A stretch of 64,000 nt of DNA. It comes from Clostridia bacterium (GTDB lineage: Bacteria > Bacillota > Clostridia > Oscillospirales > Acutalibacteraceae). Numbering within the stretch: the first letter of the stretch is position 1; each line of letters starts with the position of its first letter. The stretch is from assembly GCA_017428625.1 (NCBI GenBank), contig JAFRQM010000025.1:12988-76987 (forward strand). The letters are read 5' to 3'. The position numbers and the translations under genes are program-made. Positions 9,895 to 19,707 of this stretch are shown here, in pieces. A model generated the notes under the pieces. The model was not told the origin of the DNA. It made no database searches and was given only the letters and a program-made list of their open reading frames with translations.

Positions 9895-10757
9895 TATGCG
9901 TTCCCCCTTTGCTGCATTTTGCGCAGGCAGGCGACCGCGTCGTCAACCGTAAAAATGTTTTCGGGAACATTGAGGCCCCGTTTTTTGAGGTTTATGAATA
10001 TTCTTGTGATTTCGGGAACATTGAGCCCCATTGAGCGCAGTTCCTCATCGCGGGTGTAAACCTCCGTGGGAGTGCCGAGCATCGCGATTTCCGCATTGTT
10101 GAGAACACAGACCCTGTCGGCGACGCCGGCTATATCTTCCATACTGTGCGAGACGATAATAACCGTGCAACCCGTAGCCCTGCGGTAGTTTTTAATCATA
10201 CTTATAAGTTCTCTTCTGCCCGCGGGGTCAAGACCCGCGGCGGGTTCGTCGAGAACAAGCACTCCGGGTTCCATTGACATAACGCCCGCGATTGCCGCCC
10301 TGCGTTTTTCACCGCCGGACAGGTCAAACGGAGATTTTTCGAGGTTTTCTTTTCTCACGCCCGCCATACCCGCGGCGGTGAGAACTCTTCTGTCAATTTC
10401 TTCCTGAGAGAGTTTCATATTTTTCGGGCCGAAGGCAATATCTTTGTAAACCGTTTCTTCAAACAACTGGTATTCGGGATACTGGAAGCAGAGCCCGACT
10501 TTGAAGCGGGACTGACGCAGAGTCTCTTTGCTTTCAAAAATATTCTGCCCGTCAACAAGGATTTCACCCTCATCGGGTTTGAGCAGACCGTTGAAATGCG
10601 CTATAAGCGTGCTTTTGCCGGAGCCTGTGTGCCCGATTATGCCGAGAGTTTCGCCTTTTTCGACATGGAGGTTTATATTTTTTATTGCGGCTACCTGGTT
10701 TTCGGTGCCTTTCATATAATAGTGGGTTAAATTCCTGACTTCCACGGCAGGTGTCAT
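9894..10757 (-). CDS. ecfA2: ECF transporter ATPase A2
   Basis: GHTGSGKST, FQYPEYQLF, LSGGEKRR. Confidence 0.9.
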   Translation of the reverse strand: MTPAVEVRNLTHYYMKGTENQVAAIKNINLHVEKGETLGIIGHTGSGKSTLIAHFNGLLKPDEGEILVDGQNIFESKETLRQSRFKVGLCFQYPEYQLFEETVYKDIAFGPKNMKLSQEEIDRRVLTAAGMAGVRKENLEKSPFDLSGGEKRRAAIAGVMSMEPGVLVLDEPAAGLDPAGRRELISMIKNYRRATGCTVIIVSHSMEDIAGVADRVCVLNNAEIAMLGTPTEVYTRDEELRSMGLNVPEITRIFINLKKRGLNVPENIFTVDDAVACLRKMQQRGNA

Positions 10758-11611
10758 TGCGCTTCACCTCCGTAAATATTCATAATCTCCTCAACGGCGT
10801 CTTCAACTGTCAGAACAGTCTTTTTTATGCCGATACGAGAGCAAAGTTCCGTTGACTGCGGAACATCAAGCCCGCAACTTTTAATCGCCGCCGTATTGGA
10901 AAACACGGTTTCGGGTGTTCCGTCGAGCGCTATTGAGCCTTTATTCATAACAATGACTCTGTCTGCTCTGACCGCTTCCTCCATAAAGTGGGTAACCATA
11001 ATAACTGTTATGCCGTAATCGCGGTTGAGGCGGCGGACGGTTGCGAGAACATCCGCTCTGCCGACAGGGTCGAGCATTGCGGTAGGCTCATCGAGAACTA
11101 TGACATCGGTGCGCATTGCGAGCACGCCGGCTATTGCCACTCTCTGTTTTTGACCGCCCGAAAGGTTATGCGGCTGTTTGAGCCTGAAATCATACATATT
11201 TACGGCTTTCAGCGATTCATCAACTCTGCGCCTGATTTCGGAAGGCTCTATTCCGAGATTTTCGGGACCGAAGGCGACATCGTCTTCAACTATTGTTGCG
11301 ACAATCTGATTGTCGGGATTCTGAAACACCATACCGACTTTGCGGCGGATAAGGTCGCCGCTCTCTTCATCGGAGGTGGTCATACCCTCAACCGTAACCT
11401 CGCCGGAAGAAGGGACAAGAATTGCGTTGCACATTTTGGCGAGAGTGCTTTTACCGGAACCGTTGTGCCCGAGCACAGCGACAAACTCGCCTTTTGAAAA
11501 CGCGACGCTTATATCTTTTAAGGCAGGCGAAGGCTGAGGACGGTTTTCTTCATCCTCATCCGTATCGTAATAATATGTGACATTTTTGAATTCAATAAGT
11601 TTTTCGCTCAT
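10754..11611 (-). CDS. ecfA1: ECF transporter ATPase A1
   Basis: GHNGSGKST, FQNPDNQIV, LSGGQKQR; start re-picked at MSEKLIEF. Confidence 0.9.
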   Translation of the reverse strand: MSEKLIEFKNVTYYYDTDEDEENRPQPSPALKDISVAFSKGEFVAVLGHNGSGKSTLAKMCNAILVPSSGEVTVEGMTTSDEESGDLIRRKVGMVFQNPDNQIVATIVEDDVAFGPENLGIEPSEIRRRVDESLKAVNMYDFRLKQPHNLSGGQKQRVAIAGVLAMRTDVIVLDEPTAMLDPVGRADVLATVRRLNRDYGITVIMVTHFMEEAVRADRVIVMNKGSIALDGTPETVFSNTAAIKSCGLDVPQSTELCSRIGIKKTVLTVEDAVEEIMNIYGGEAQ

Positions 11612-11628
11612 ATAAAACCCGTTTAAAA

Positions 11629-12501
11629 TTATTTTTCCGAAATCCAGAACGCGCTCGCGCCGCAAGGCAGAACTCTGCCCGGCTTTGATGAAACGGGAAG
11701 CCCTATTTCATCGCTGAATGTTGTGCCGCCGAGTTTTCTGCCCGCGGTTTCGGACAGAATATACTGCATAACAGAAGGCGACAGCCCCGTTGTGTAGGAA
11801 TTGATAAGCATCATAAGCGCGTTTTTGCTTAAAAGCTGCGTGCAGTTTTCTACAAAGCCGTAAACCTCGTCTTCAAGTTTCCACACTTCGCCTCCGGGAC
11901 CCCTGCCGTATGAAGGCGGATCCATTATAATTATATCGTAAGTATTGCCTCTGCGGATTTCGCGGGCGACAAATTTCATGCAGTCATCGACAAGCCAGCG
12001 GACCGGTCTGTCGGCAACGCCCGATAAAGCCGCGTTCTCTTTTGCCCAGGCGGTCATACCTTTTGAGGCGTCAACATGGGTGACAGACGCTCCCGCTTTA
12101 AGCGCGGCGACAGTTGCTCCGCCGGTATAAGCGAAAAGATTAAGGACTTTAACAGGTCTGCCTGCTTTTTTGATGACTTCGGCGGTGTATTCCCAGTTGA
12201 CAGCCTGTTCGGGGAAAAGTCCGGTATGTTTGAAGCCCATTGTTTTGATGTTGAACTTCAGGCCGTTGAAGCCCACCTGCCACACATCGGGCATTTTTTT
12301 GTTGACCGACCAACTGCCGCCGCCCGTTGAGGAGCGGTTATAAACAGCGTGAGCATTGTTCCAGAGTTTATCTGTTTTAGGCGTTTTCCAGATAACCTGC
12401 GGATCTGGGCGCACGAGAATAATATCTTTCCATCGCTCCAGCCGCTCGCCGTCTGAGCAGTCGATAAGCTCATAATCTTTCCAGTTTTCTGCCGTTCTCA
12501 T
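11629..12501 (-). CDS. Class I SAM-dependent methyltransferase (RlmI/RlmK-like)
   Basis: LNLFAYTGG SAM motif, DPPSYG. Confidence 0.85.
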   Translation of the reverse strand: MRTAENWKDYELIDCSDGERLERWKDIILVRPDPQVIWKTPKTDKLWNNAHAVYNRSSTGGGSWSVNKKMPDVWQVGFNGLKFNIKTMGFKHTGLFPEQAVNWEYTAEVIKKAGRPVKVLNLFAYTGGATVAALKAGASVTHVDASKGMTAWAKENAALSGVADRPVRWLVDDCMKFVAREIRRGNTYDIIIMDPPSYGRGPGGEVWKLEDEVYGFVENCTQLLSKNALMMLINSYTTGLSPSVMQYILSETAGRKLGGTTFSDEIGLPVSSKPGRVLPCGASAFWISEK

Positions 12502-12503
12502 AA

Positions 12504-13535
12504 TCAGACTCCGAATTTCTGTTGACCGGGCATAGGTATTCCCAGATGGTTATATGCCGCGGGCGTTACCATTCTGCCGCGCGGTGTTCTGCTTAAAAAG
12601 CCGAGCTGCATAAGATATGGCTCATAAACATCTTCTATGGTAACGGATTCTTCGCCGATAACGGCGGCAAGAGTTTCGAGACCAACGGGGCCGCCGTTGT
12701 AATTTCTTATCATCGTGGTAAGAATCAGACGGTCGATATTGTCAAGACCGAGCGGGTCAATCTCCATTTTGCCGAGCGCCATGGACGCGGCTTCTTTTGT
12801 GATTACACCGTCGCACTTTACCTCTGCATAATCACGGGCCCTGCGCAAAAGACGGTTTGCGATACGAGGTGTGCCCCTTGAACGCGAGGCAATTTCAGAC
12901 GCGCCGTCATCATCGATTTTAACACCGAGAATACCCGCGGAACGGTTGACAATCATTTTGAGTTCATCGGCGGAATACATCTCAAGGCGGAGAATGACGC
13001 CGAAACGGTCGCGCAAAGGCGAACTTAACTGACCGGCTCTTGTGGTTGCGCCGACAAGCGTAAAGCGGTTCAGGTCGAGCCGTATTGAACGGGCGGAGGG
13101 ACCTTTGCCTATAATAATATCAATGGCACCGTCTTCCATAGCGGGGTAAAGCACTTCTTCAATGGCTCTTGAGAGGCGGTGAATTTCATCAATGAAAAGA
13201 ACGTCGCCCTGTTCGAGATTTGTGAGAAGAGCGGCGAGGTCACCCGGCTTTTCGATAGCGGGGCCGCTCGTTACCCTGAAATTGACACCCATTTCGTTTG
13301 CGATTATGCCCGCGAGCGTTGTTTTGCCGAGACCGGGAGGACCGTAAAGCAAAACGTGGTCGAGAGGCTCGTTCCTGTTGCGGGCAGCCTCAATGTAAAC
13401 AGACAGATTCTCTTTAGCCTTTTCCTGACCGATGTATTCGGAGAGCGCTTTCGGGCGCAGGGAGAGTTCGATATCTTCATCCTCTGTGCCGTTATATGAA
13501 GCGTCCATAAACCGGGTTTCGTAATCCTGTTCCAT
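12504..13535 (-). CDS. ruvB: Holliday junction branch migration helicase RuvB
   Basis: [34 protein letters not shown]. Confidence 0.97.
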   Translation of the reverse strand: MEQDYETRFMDASYNGTEDEDIELSLRPKALSEYIGQEKAKENLSVYIEAARNRNEPLDHVLLYGPPGLGKTTLAGIIANEMGVNFRVTSGPAIEKPGDLAALLTNLEQGDVLFIDEIHRLSRAIEEVLYPAMEDGAIDIIIGKGPSARSIRLDLNRFTLVGATTRAGQLSSPLRDRFGVILRLEMYSADELKMIVNRSAGILGVKIDDDGASEIASRSRGTPRIANRLLRRARDYAEVKCDGVITKEAASMALGKMEIDPLGLDNIDRLILTTMIRNYNGGPVGLETLAAVIGEESVTIEDVYEPYLMQLGFLSRTPRGRMVTPAAYNHLGIPMPGQQKFGV

Positions 13536-13550
13536 AATCTGCTCCTGAAA

Positions 13551-14162
13551 TCAAAGTTTTTTCGCAAGAGCGGCAAGTGCCTTGCGGATAAGTTCCTCTG
13601 TTGAAAGGCTCGGATCAAGTTTGCCGACTGCTATGCTTGCCTCGGAACGGGAGTAACCGAAGGCGGAAACAAGAGCTTCGACCGCGTCGGAACCGGCGTT
13701 GCCTATGCCCGCTTTGCCTGCGGCGGCGACTTCGGAAAGGTTGGAAGAACTCATTTCAACCGAGCCGAGTTTATTCTTTAATTCTAGCACTATTCTCTGC
13801 GCTATTTTTGCGCCGACGCCCTGAGCGGTTGTTATTGCCTTGACATCGCCGCTTGAAACAGCGACGGCGAGCTGCGCGGGCGACAGAGCCGAGAGAACAG
13901 CCGTTGCCGCTTTGGGACCTACGCCAGAAACGGTGATAAGAAGTTTAAAACATTCAAGTTCATCTTTGCTGCAAAACCCGTAAAGTTCAAGCGCGTCTTC
14001 ACGCACGGCAAGGTATGTGTAAACCGTTGCCGTTTCGCCGACGGGCGGCAGTGAATTGATTGTTGAAAGCGTGGTGTTGAGAAGAAAAGCAACGCCGGAG
14101 CAATCTATCGCGACGCTTGCGGAATCTTTCATAACCACTTTGCCGGTGAGACTGTAAAACAT
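13551..14162 (-). CDS. ruvA: Holliday junction branch migration protein RuvA
   Basis: VREDA..LYGF, VSGVGPK, GVGAKIAQRIVLELK; start re-picked at MFYSLTG. Confidence 0.95.
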   Translation of the reverse strand: MFYSLTGKVVMKDSASVAIDCSGVAFLLNTTLSTINSLPPVGETATVYTYLAVREDALELYGFCSKDELECFKLLITVSGVGPKAATAVLSALSPAQLAVAVSSGDVKAITTAQGVGAKIAQRIVLELKNKLGSVEMSSSNLSEVAAAGKAGIGNAGSDAVEALVSAFGYSRSEASIAVGKLDPSLSTEELIRKALAALAKKL

Positions 14163-14166
14163 AAAT

Positions 14167-14667
14167 CTACCTCTTGTTAAGATATTGTGAAATTGCGGAG
14201 CCGCTTGTATGGCAGTGGCAGATTGCCATTGCGAGAGCGTCGGCGGCGTCGTCGGGTTTCGGGATTTTTTCAAGGTTCAGCATTATTCTTGTCATTTCCT
14301 GAACCTGTTTTTTCTCCGCCCTGCCGTAGCCGACAACACTCTGTTTAACCTGAAGAGGCGTGTATTCGAAAATCGGAATATTCTTCTGCTGGGCGGCGAG
14401 GACGATTACTCCCCTTGCCTGAGCTACATCTATGGCGGTTTTCTGGTTTGTGTTGAAAAACAGTTTTTCGATAGCGAGCGCTTCGGGTTTTGAGCGTTCA
14501 AGAAGGATGCACAGTTCGTTGTAAATATGGAGAAGGCGTAAATTGAAAGGAGTGTGCGCTTCGGTTGTTATTGCGCCGAAGTCAAGCATACGGAAATGAT
14601 TGCTTTTGTATTCCACAACACCGTAGCCGACTATCGCGTAGCCGGGGTCAATGCCGATAACCGTCAT
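14167..14667 (-). CDS. ruvC: Crossover junction endodeoxyribonuclease RuvC
   Basis: IGIDPG, IEKLFF, PDDAADALA. Confidence 0.95.
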   Translation of the reverse strand: MTVIGIDPGYAIVGYGVVEYKSNHFRMLDFGAITTEAHTPFNLRLLHIYNELCILLERSKPEALAIEKLFFNTNQKTAIDVAQARGVIVLAAQQKNIPIFEYTPLQVKQSVVGYGRAEKKQVQEMTRIMLNLEKIPKPDDAADALAMAICHCHTSGSAISQYLNKR

Positions 14668-15989
14668 TTCTTGTCTTTGTTCCTTTCTCTGATAAGTATT
14701 CTTGTCGGAGTGCCTTCAAGCCCGAAAACAGCCCTTATCTGATTGTCGAGATAGCGCTGGTAACTGTAATGGAACAGTTCGGCGTTGTTGACGAAATAAA
14801 CAAATGTAGGCGGCCTTGTGGATGCCTGTGTAACATAATAAATTTTGAGCCGTTTGCCTTTATCTGTAGGAGGCTGAACCCTTGCCGCCGCGTCGGCAAG
14901 CACTTCGTTGAGTTTGCCGGTGGTAATACGCATGGCGTTTTGTGTGTCAACGAATTTTATGAGTTCATAAAGCCTGTCAAGTCTGATTTTTTCTTTTGCC
15001 GAAATAAAGATAATCGGAGCGTATGACATAAACGAAAAATCGTTCATAAGTTTTTTACGGTAACTGTCCATCGTTTTGCCGTCTTTTTCGACAATGTCCC
15101 ACTTGTTGACGGCGATTATGCAGCCCTTGCCCATTTCGTGAGCTATGCCCGCAACTTTGGAATCCTGCTCGGTAAAACCTTCGGTGCCGTCAATCATTAT
15201 GACGCACACGTGCGCTCTTTCAACAGCCATACGGGCGCGGATGACCGAGTATTTTTCTATCTGGTCATAGACCTTGCTCTTACGCCTCAGACCGGCTGTG
15301 TCGATAAACATAAACCTGCCGTATTCGTTTTCGACATAAGAGTCGGTAGCGTCTCTGGTTGTGCCCGCTATTGATGAGACAATCATTCTTTCCTCGCCGA
15401 GAACGGCGTTTACAAGGGACGATTTGCCGACATTTGGCTTGCCTATGACGGCGACTTTGATGTATTCGTCATCCTCTTCGCCGTCGGGCGCGTCGGGCAG
15501 ATATTGACAGACCTCGTCAAGAAGGTCGCCCGTGCCGAGACCGTGAACGGATGAAACGGCTATGGGATCGCCGAGACCGAGATTGTAAAACTCATAAAAA
15601 TCAGCGGGGAGTTCGCCTATTGTGTCGCACTTATTGACGCAAAGCACTATGGGTTTTCCGCTTTTCTGGAGCATGGCGGCTACATCCATATCGGTAGCGA
15701 CAACTCCTGAGCGTAAATCGGTAACAAGGATGATTACCTCCGCGCTGTCAATGGCGAGCTGAGCCTGACGGCGCATCTGCGAGAGTATTATATCGTCTGA
15801 GCGGGGTTCGATTCCGCCTGTGTCAACAAGCATAAACTTTTTGCCGCACCACTCGCACTCGCCGTAAATTCTGTCGCGAGTTACGCCGGGAGTGTCATCC
15901 ACTATTGCGGTGCGCACACCCGTAAGCTTGTTGAAAAGCGTTGATTTGCCGACATTCGGGCGACCCACTATTGCTACTACATTGTTCAT
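14664..15989 (-). CDS. der: Ribosome biogenesis GTPase Der (EngA)
   Basis: Two G domains (GRPNVGKS/DTGG and GKPNVGKS/DTAG) plus KH-like C-terminus; AGGAG RBS before MNNVV. Confidence 0.96.
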   Translation of the reverse strand: MNNVVAIVGRPNVGKSTLFNKLTGVRTAIVDDTPGVTRDRIYGECEWCGKKFMLVDTGGIEPRSDDIILSQMRRQAQLAIDSAEVIILVTDLRSGVVATDMDVAAMLQKSGKPIVLCVNKCDTIGELPADFYEFYNLGLGDPIAVSSVHGLGTGDLLDEVCQYLPDAPDGEEDDEYIKVAVIGKPNVGKSSLVNAVLGEERMIVSSIAGTTRDATDSYVENEYGRFMFIDTAGLRRKSKVYDQIEKYSVIRARMAVERAHVCVIMIDGTEGFTEQDSKVAGIAHEMGKGCIIAVNKWDIVEKDGKTMDSYRKKLMNDFSFMSYAPIIFISAKEKIRLDRLYELIKFVDTQNAMRITTGKLNEVLADAAARVQPPTDKGKRLKIYYVTQASTRPPTFVYFVNNAELFHYSYQRYLDNQIRAVFGLEGTPTRILIRERNKDKK

Positions 15990-15999
15990 TTCATACTCC

Positions 16000-17319
16000 T
16001 TAATTACGGGTTTCGTCTTCAATGAGTTCCGAGAGCAGCACAGCTCCGTCATTCGGCACGGGGCACACTCTGACGCCGAGCGCCTGCTGAAGCTGCGACA
16101 AAGTCATATCGTCAAGAAAACGGTTATCATCTTTGCGCAGAGACACCTCGGGGATTATAACTTTATGGCCGAGAGGAACATCCTTAAGTGTGTCGAAATA
16201 ATCCTTGCCGCTGAGAAGGCCCGCGACGGTAACGGTTGAGCCGAAAAGTTTATTTGCAACTTTGTAAATATCAATACGGAGGTTTTCATACTTTTTCTGA
16301 GCCGCTGCGGCAAGTTCGCACACGAGCGGGTAAGCCGCCGCTCCCGTTGCCCAGGTTATTGTTCTTTTTTGAGAGACAGCACCGGCGGGCGCGTTTTCGA
16401 GTGCCTGCATAAACTCGCTTTTGAAGAGCGACCAGAGACCTACTCCGTTTTCAAGCTGGGGATAATCGCCGTAATAGTTTTCGCCGGGAATGGGACGCTC
16501 CGCCTGAATAAAGAATTCGTCGGCGGCATAGGCAATGCCGTAACCGCCCTTTTCAACGAGGTTTTTATTGAAAGCGTCTATTGTGTCGATAACTCTGCCC
16601 GCTTCTTCGGGAGTGAAAAGCCTGAGATTCGCAAGCCCTTCTCTGTGACAGGTTATGCCCACGGGAACAGCCGCTATACTCTGAACGGAAGGCGTGAGTT
16701 TCGCGAGTTCGTCAAGGCTGTATTCAAGTTCCGCTCCGTCATTTATTCCGGGGCAGAGGACAAGTTGTGTGTTAAGAGTTATTCCCGCATCGGCAAGTTT
16801 TTTTATGAATCTCAGAGAAGTGCCCGCGTTGGGATTTTTCATCATTTCAACGCGCAGTTCGGGATTCATTGTGTGAACGGAGATATTGACAGGGCTTATG
16901 TGCATATTGATTATTCTGTCAATTTCATCCTCGCTCATATTTGTCAGCGTGATATAGTTGCCGAAAAGAAATGAAAGGCGGGAGTCATCGTCTTTAAAAT
17001 ACAGGCTGTCGCGCAGGCCCTCGGGAAGCTGGTCGACAAAGCAGAACACGCATTTGTTTTTGCAGGCGTGCTGACGGTCCATAAGATAGGTTTCAAACCC
17101 GAGCCCTATGTCATCGGTTTCGGATTTTCTGATTTTTATCTTTTTGACTTTTCCGTCTTTTTCGATTTCAAGAGCAAGTTTTTCTTCGCTGAGATAAAAG
17201 CGGTAATCCAGCACATCGGATACGGCGTGGCCGTTGATACTGAGCAGCCTGTCGCCGCCGCGGATTTTCTTTTTTGCCGCCGGACTGCCCGGAGTGACAG
17301 TTTTTATTGTTACAGCCAA
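16000..17319 (-). CDS. PDZ/radical-SAM-like Fe-S oxidoreductase (DUF512 family)
   Basis: N-terminal PDZ-like segment, CKNKCVFC, FKDDDSRLSF, QLENGVG; probable TTG start after GAGGAGGTG. Confidence 0.8.
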   Translation of the reverse strand: MAVTIKTVTPGSPAAKKKIRGGDRLLSINGHAVSDVLDYRFYLSEEKLALEIEKDGKVKKIKIRKSETDDIGLGFETYLMDRQHACKNKCVFCFVDQLPEGLRDSLYFKDDDSRLSFLFGNYITLTNMSEDEIDRIINMHISPVNISVHTMNPELRVEMMKNPNAGTSLRFIKKLADAGITLNTQLVLCPGINDGAELEYSLDELAKLTPSVQSIAAVPVGITCHREGLANLRLFTPEEAGRVIDTIDAFNKNLVEKGGYGIAYAADEFFIQAERPIPGENYYGDYPQLENGVGLWSLFKSEFMQALENAPAGAVSQKRTITWATGAAAYPLVCELAAAAQKKYENLRIDIYKVANKLFGSTVTVAGLLSGKDYFDTLKDVPLGHKVIIPEVSLRKDDNRFLDDMTLSQLQQALGVRVCPVPNDGAVLLSELIEDETRN

Positions 17320-17467
17320 CGCCCACACCTCCTCTGATAGTGATAAAATCCCATAATAAAGCATTATAGAATATATCACAAAATGAAGTGAAATGTAAAT
17401 ACTTTTTATAAATAAAATATTAATAGATTTTTAATTATAAAGCAGGAAATGAATACCCGGAAAAAAA

Positions 17468-17489
17468 TCCGCAGCCGGGAAGGCTGCGG
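17468..17489 (-). terminator. Intrinsic terminator
   Basis: TCCGCAGCC-4 nt-GGCTGCGGA hairpin followed by 7 T on the minus strand. Confidence 0.75.
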
Positions 17490-17495
17490 AGCGGA

Positions 17496-18086
17496 TTATT
17501 CTTTATACATTTCGCTGTAAATAAACTCTGTCTGAACGCCGCCTTTTTCGATATGAAAGCAGCGTTTGCCGAGTGAAAAAATGTATTTGTCGTGCGCTGT
17601 TGAATCCGAACGGACATCGCAGACTTCGGCTTCGGGAAAGAGTTCGCGGAACCTGCGGACTTTTTCATCACAGCGACAGTTTTTGCCGATTACTTCCCCC
17701 GTTGTGCGGTTGTGCCGTGTGCAGATAAGGCAGTCAACATCAAGGCGTTTCGCGATTTCTTCAAGAAGAAAATCCGGGCTTGCGCTTATGATTACCGTTT
17801 TGTTTTCTCTGTTCCTGTTTATAAACCATGGGAAAACTCTGTTTTCATATCTGTTCCAGAAATTATCAACGGTTTTTTCGAGCGGAATTAATCTTATAAA
17901 ACTGAAAACAAATTTTTTCATTTTCGTGAAGTCATTCCGGATAAGGCAGTAGCGGACAACGCCGTAAAGGGCGTATGGTCCGAGAATTATTATATAAGGG
18001 TAATGCAGCAGGCACCACAGGTAAAATCGCAAGCCGCTGTCAAATGGAATTAATGTTTTGTCAAAATCGTAAATATCAACCTTCAT
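17496..18086 (-). CDS. HAD-IB family phosphatase
   Basis: DFDKT motif I, ISAS motif II, SDS motif IV. Confidence 0.8.
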   Translation of the reverse strand: MKVDIYDFDKTLIPFDSGLRFYLWCLLHYPYIIILGPYALYGVVRYCLIRNDFTKMKKFVFSFIRLIPLEKTVDNFWNRYENRVFPWFINRNRENKTVIISASPDFLLEEIAKRLDVDCLICTRHNRTTGEVIGKNCRCDEKVRRFRELFPEAEVCDVRSDSTAHDKYIFSLGKRCFHIEKGGVQTEFIYSEMYKE

Positions 18087-18095
18087 CGGAACCTC

Positions 18096-19586
18096 TTAAA
18101 ATGAAATAACCACTTTGTGTTTGCCTGTGCCGGTTGTGACTTTGAGGATTCCGCCTTCTCCGCCTTCGTTACGGACAAACTCATATTCGCCGTCGGTATC
18201 GATTTTAGCAGGCGTTTTGTGAACGAATATTTCGGTGGGCTCTTTGAAGTTGTAGCCCTGAGTGTATCTGAGCACGAAAGTTCCGCTTTCGCGGTCGGTT
18301 CTGTAACTGTCTATTGTGCCCGTAACCGCAACGGGAGCGGTGCGGACAAGGCTTTCCATAATAACGGTGTCAAACATATCGCTTGAATATGCCCAGTAAG
18401 TCTGACCCCATTGGTTTTCATCGAATTTGTCGAGCAGGAAGTTAATGTGGTTGAGCCAGGTTTTGTCTTCATTGCCGCCGCTGCCGCCCCATTCGCCGAC
18501 AAAGACGGGAACATTCAGGCGCTTCTGGGTGCGCCTGTGCTCGTCAAAAATCGCGCCTGTGCGTGAGTTGCTGGCGTATTTGTAATCGGGGGTGTCAACC
18601 ATTAAATCGTAGCCGTGAGGAGCGAAGCAAAGCTGGCTTTCGCGTTTGCCGTTGACGGTTACGGCAGGTGTGGAGCATGGAATCGAAAGGTTGGAGTAAT
18701 AGCAGTTCTCCATAATTATTATGCCTTTATCGGTAACCTCGCGGATAGCCGCGGCTACTCTGTTAATGAAAGGCGAATAATAGTTTTCATCAAAGTCTTT
18801 AATGATTTTTCCGCCGCCGCGGGTAACAATCTGACTGAAAAACTCAGGGTCTTCAAACTGGTCGAGAACCTTGTGGCGCGTTTCTGCTTTGAGGGCGTCT
18901 TTGATTAACTGACCCCTGTGAACGCGGCGGTCGAACATACCCGAAAGCACAACGCTGCCTATGAGTTTGCGAAAGACTTTGCCGCCTGGTGTGCCCGGGA
19001 ACGGTTCATTCATAACATCAAAACCGAAGAGCGAGGAATAGCCTTCAAACTCTTTGGCAAGGTATTTCCACATATTGCAGTAGTGCTCCTGAATAGGCTT
19101 GCCGTATATTACATCATTTGCCCAGAAATGGTCAAAGCAGCTGTGTATCGCTTTGCCCCAGAAATAGCCCTCTGCCCAGACGAATTTAGTCGGTTTGAAT
19201 TGATGCCCGTCGGTCATACACGCCCACAGCGGCGCTCCGTCGCCCGCCTGAGCGGGACCGCCGTATAAATCCTGGTGCATATCAAGAAAGAAATACATAC
19301 CGTGCTTTTCGCACAGGTCGGCAACTTTTTTGACTTTGGCTGTGTATTCTTCATTGTATTTGCCGGGCTGAGGCTCGACACCGTCCCAGGTGAGGCCGAG
19401 GCGCACAAGATTGAAGCCGCATTTTCTCAGCCTGACAATAAGATTCTCATCGAAATCAAGGTTGTAAACCTTAGCTGTGTTTTCGGCGTTTGCAACACCT
19501 TTATCGCAGAGATTTATGCCGTTGAATATTCTCTGCCTGCCCGATGCGTCAACAAAACGTTCGCCTTTTGTGAAAATGCGTTCCAT
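18096..19586 (-). CDS. Glycoside hydrolase family 5, endoglycoceramidase-like
   Basis: NLVRLGLTWDGVEP, LDMHQDLY, MNEP (acid/base), FVGEWG (nucleophile), C-terminal beta domain; start re-picked at MERIF. Confidence 0.8.
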   Translation of the reverse strand: MERIFTKGERFVDASGRQRIFNGINLCDKGVANAENTAKVYNLDFDENLIVRLRKCGFNLVRLGLTWDGVEPQPGKYNEEYTAKVKKVADLCEKHGMYFFLDMHQDLYGGPAQAGDGAPLWACMTDGHQFKPTKFVWAEGYFWGKAIHSCFDHFWANDVIYGKPIQEHYCNMWKYLAKEFEGYSSLFGFDVMNEPFPGTPGGKVFRKLIGSVVLSGMFDRRVHRGQLIKDALKAETRHKVLDQFEDPEFFSQIVTRGGGKIIKDFDENYYSPFINRVAAAIREVTDKGIIIMENCYYSNLSIPCSTPAVTVNGKRESQLCFAPHGYDLMVDTPDYKYASNSRTGAIFDEHRRTQKRLNVPVFVGEWGGSGGNEDKTWLNHINFLLDKFDENQWGQTYWAYSSDMFDTVIMESLVRTAPVAVTGTIDSYRTDRESGTFVLRYTQGYNFKEPTEIFVHKTPAKIDTDGEYEFVRNEGGEGGILKVTTGTGKHKVVISF

Positions 19587-19707
19587 AGTGCGTTCTCCTT
19601 TAAAAATGATATTCGCGTAGGAATAATTATATTCTATCATTTTTTATCATTCTTTGCAACATAAATGATTGACGGTCATTTATCAGGTATGATATATTTT
19701 ATTCGAG

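Noticed and set aside
15800-15820. GGTTCGATTCC, resembling a tRNA T-loop
   Set aside because: Lies inside der (antisense of the DTGGIEP codons); no cloverleaf.
5779-17319. Long minus-strand run as a possible novel operon
   Set aside because: Ordinary housekeeping genes with intact canonical motifs; the many overlapping short ORFs are shadows.
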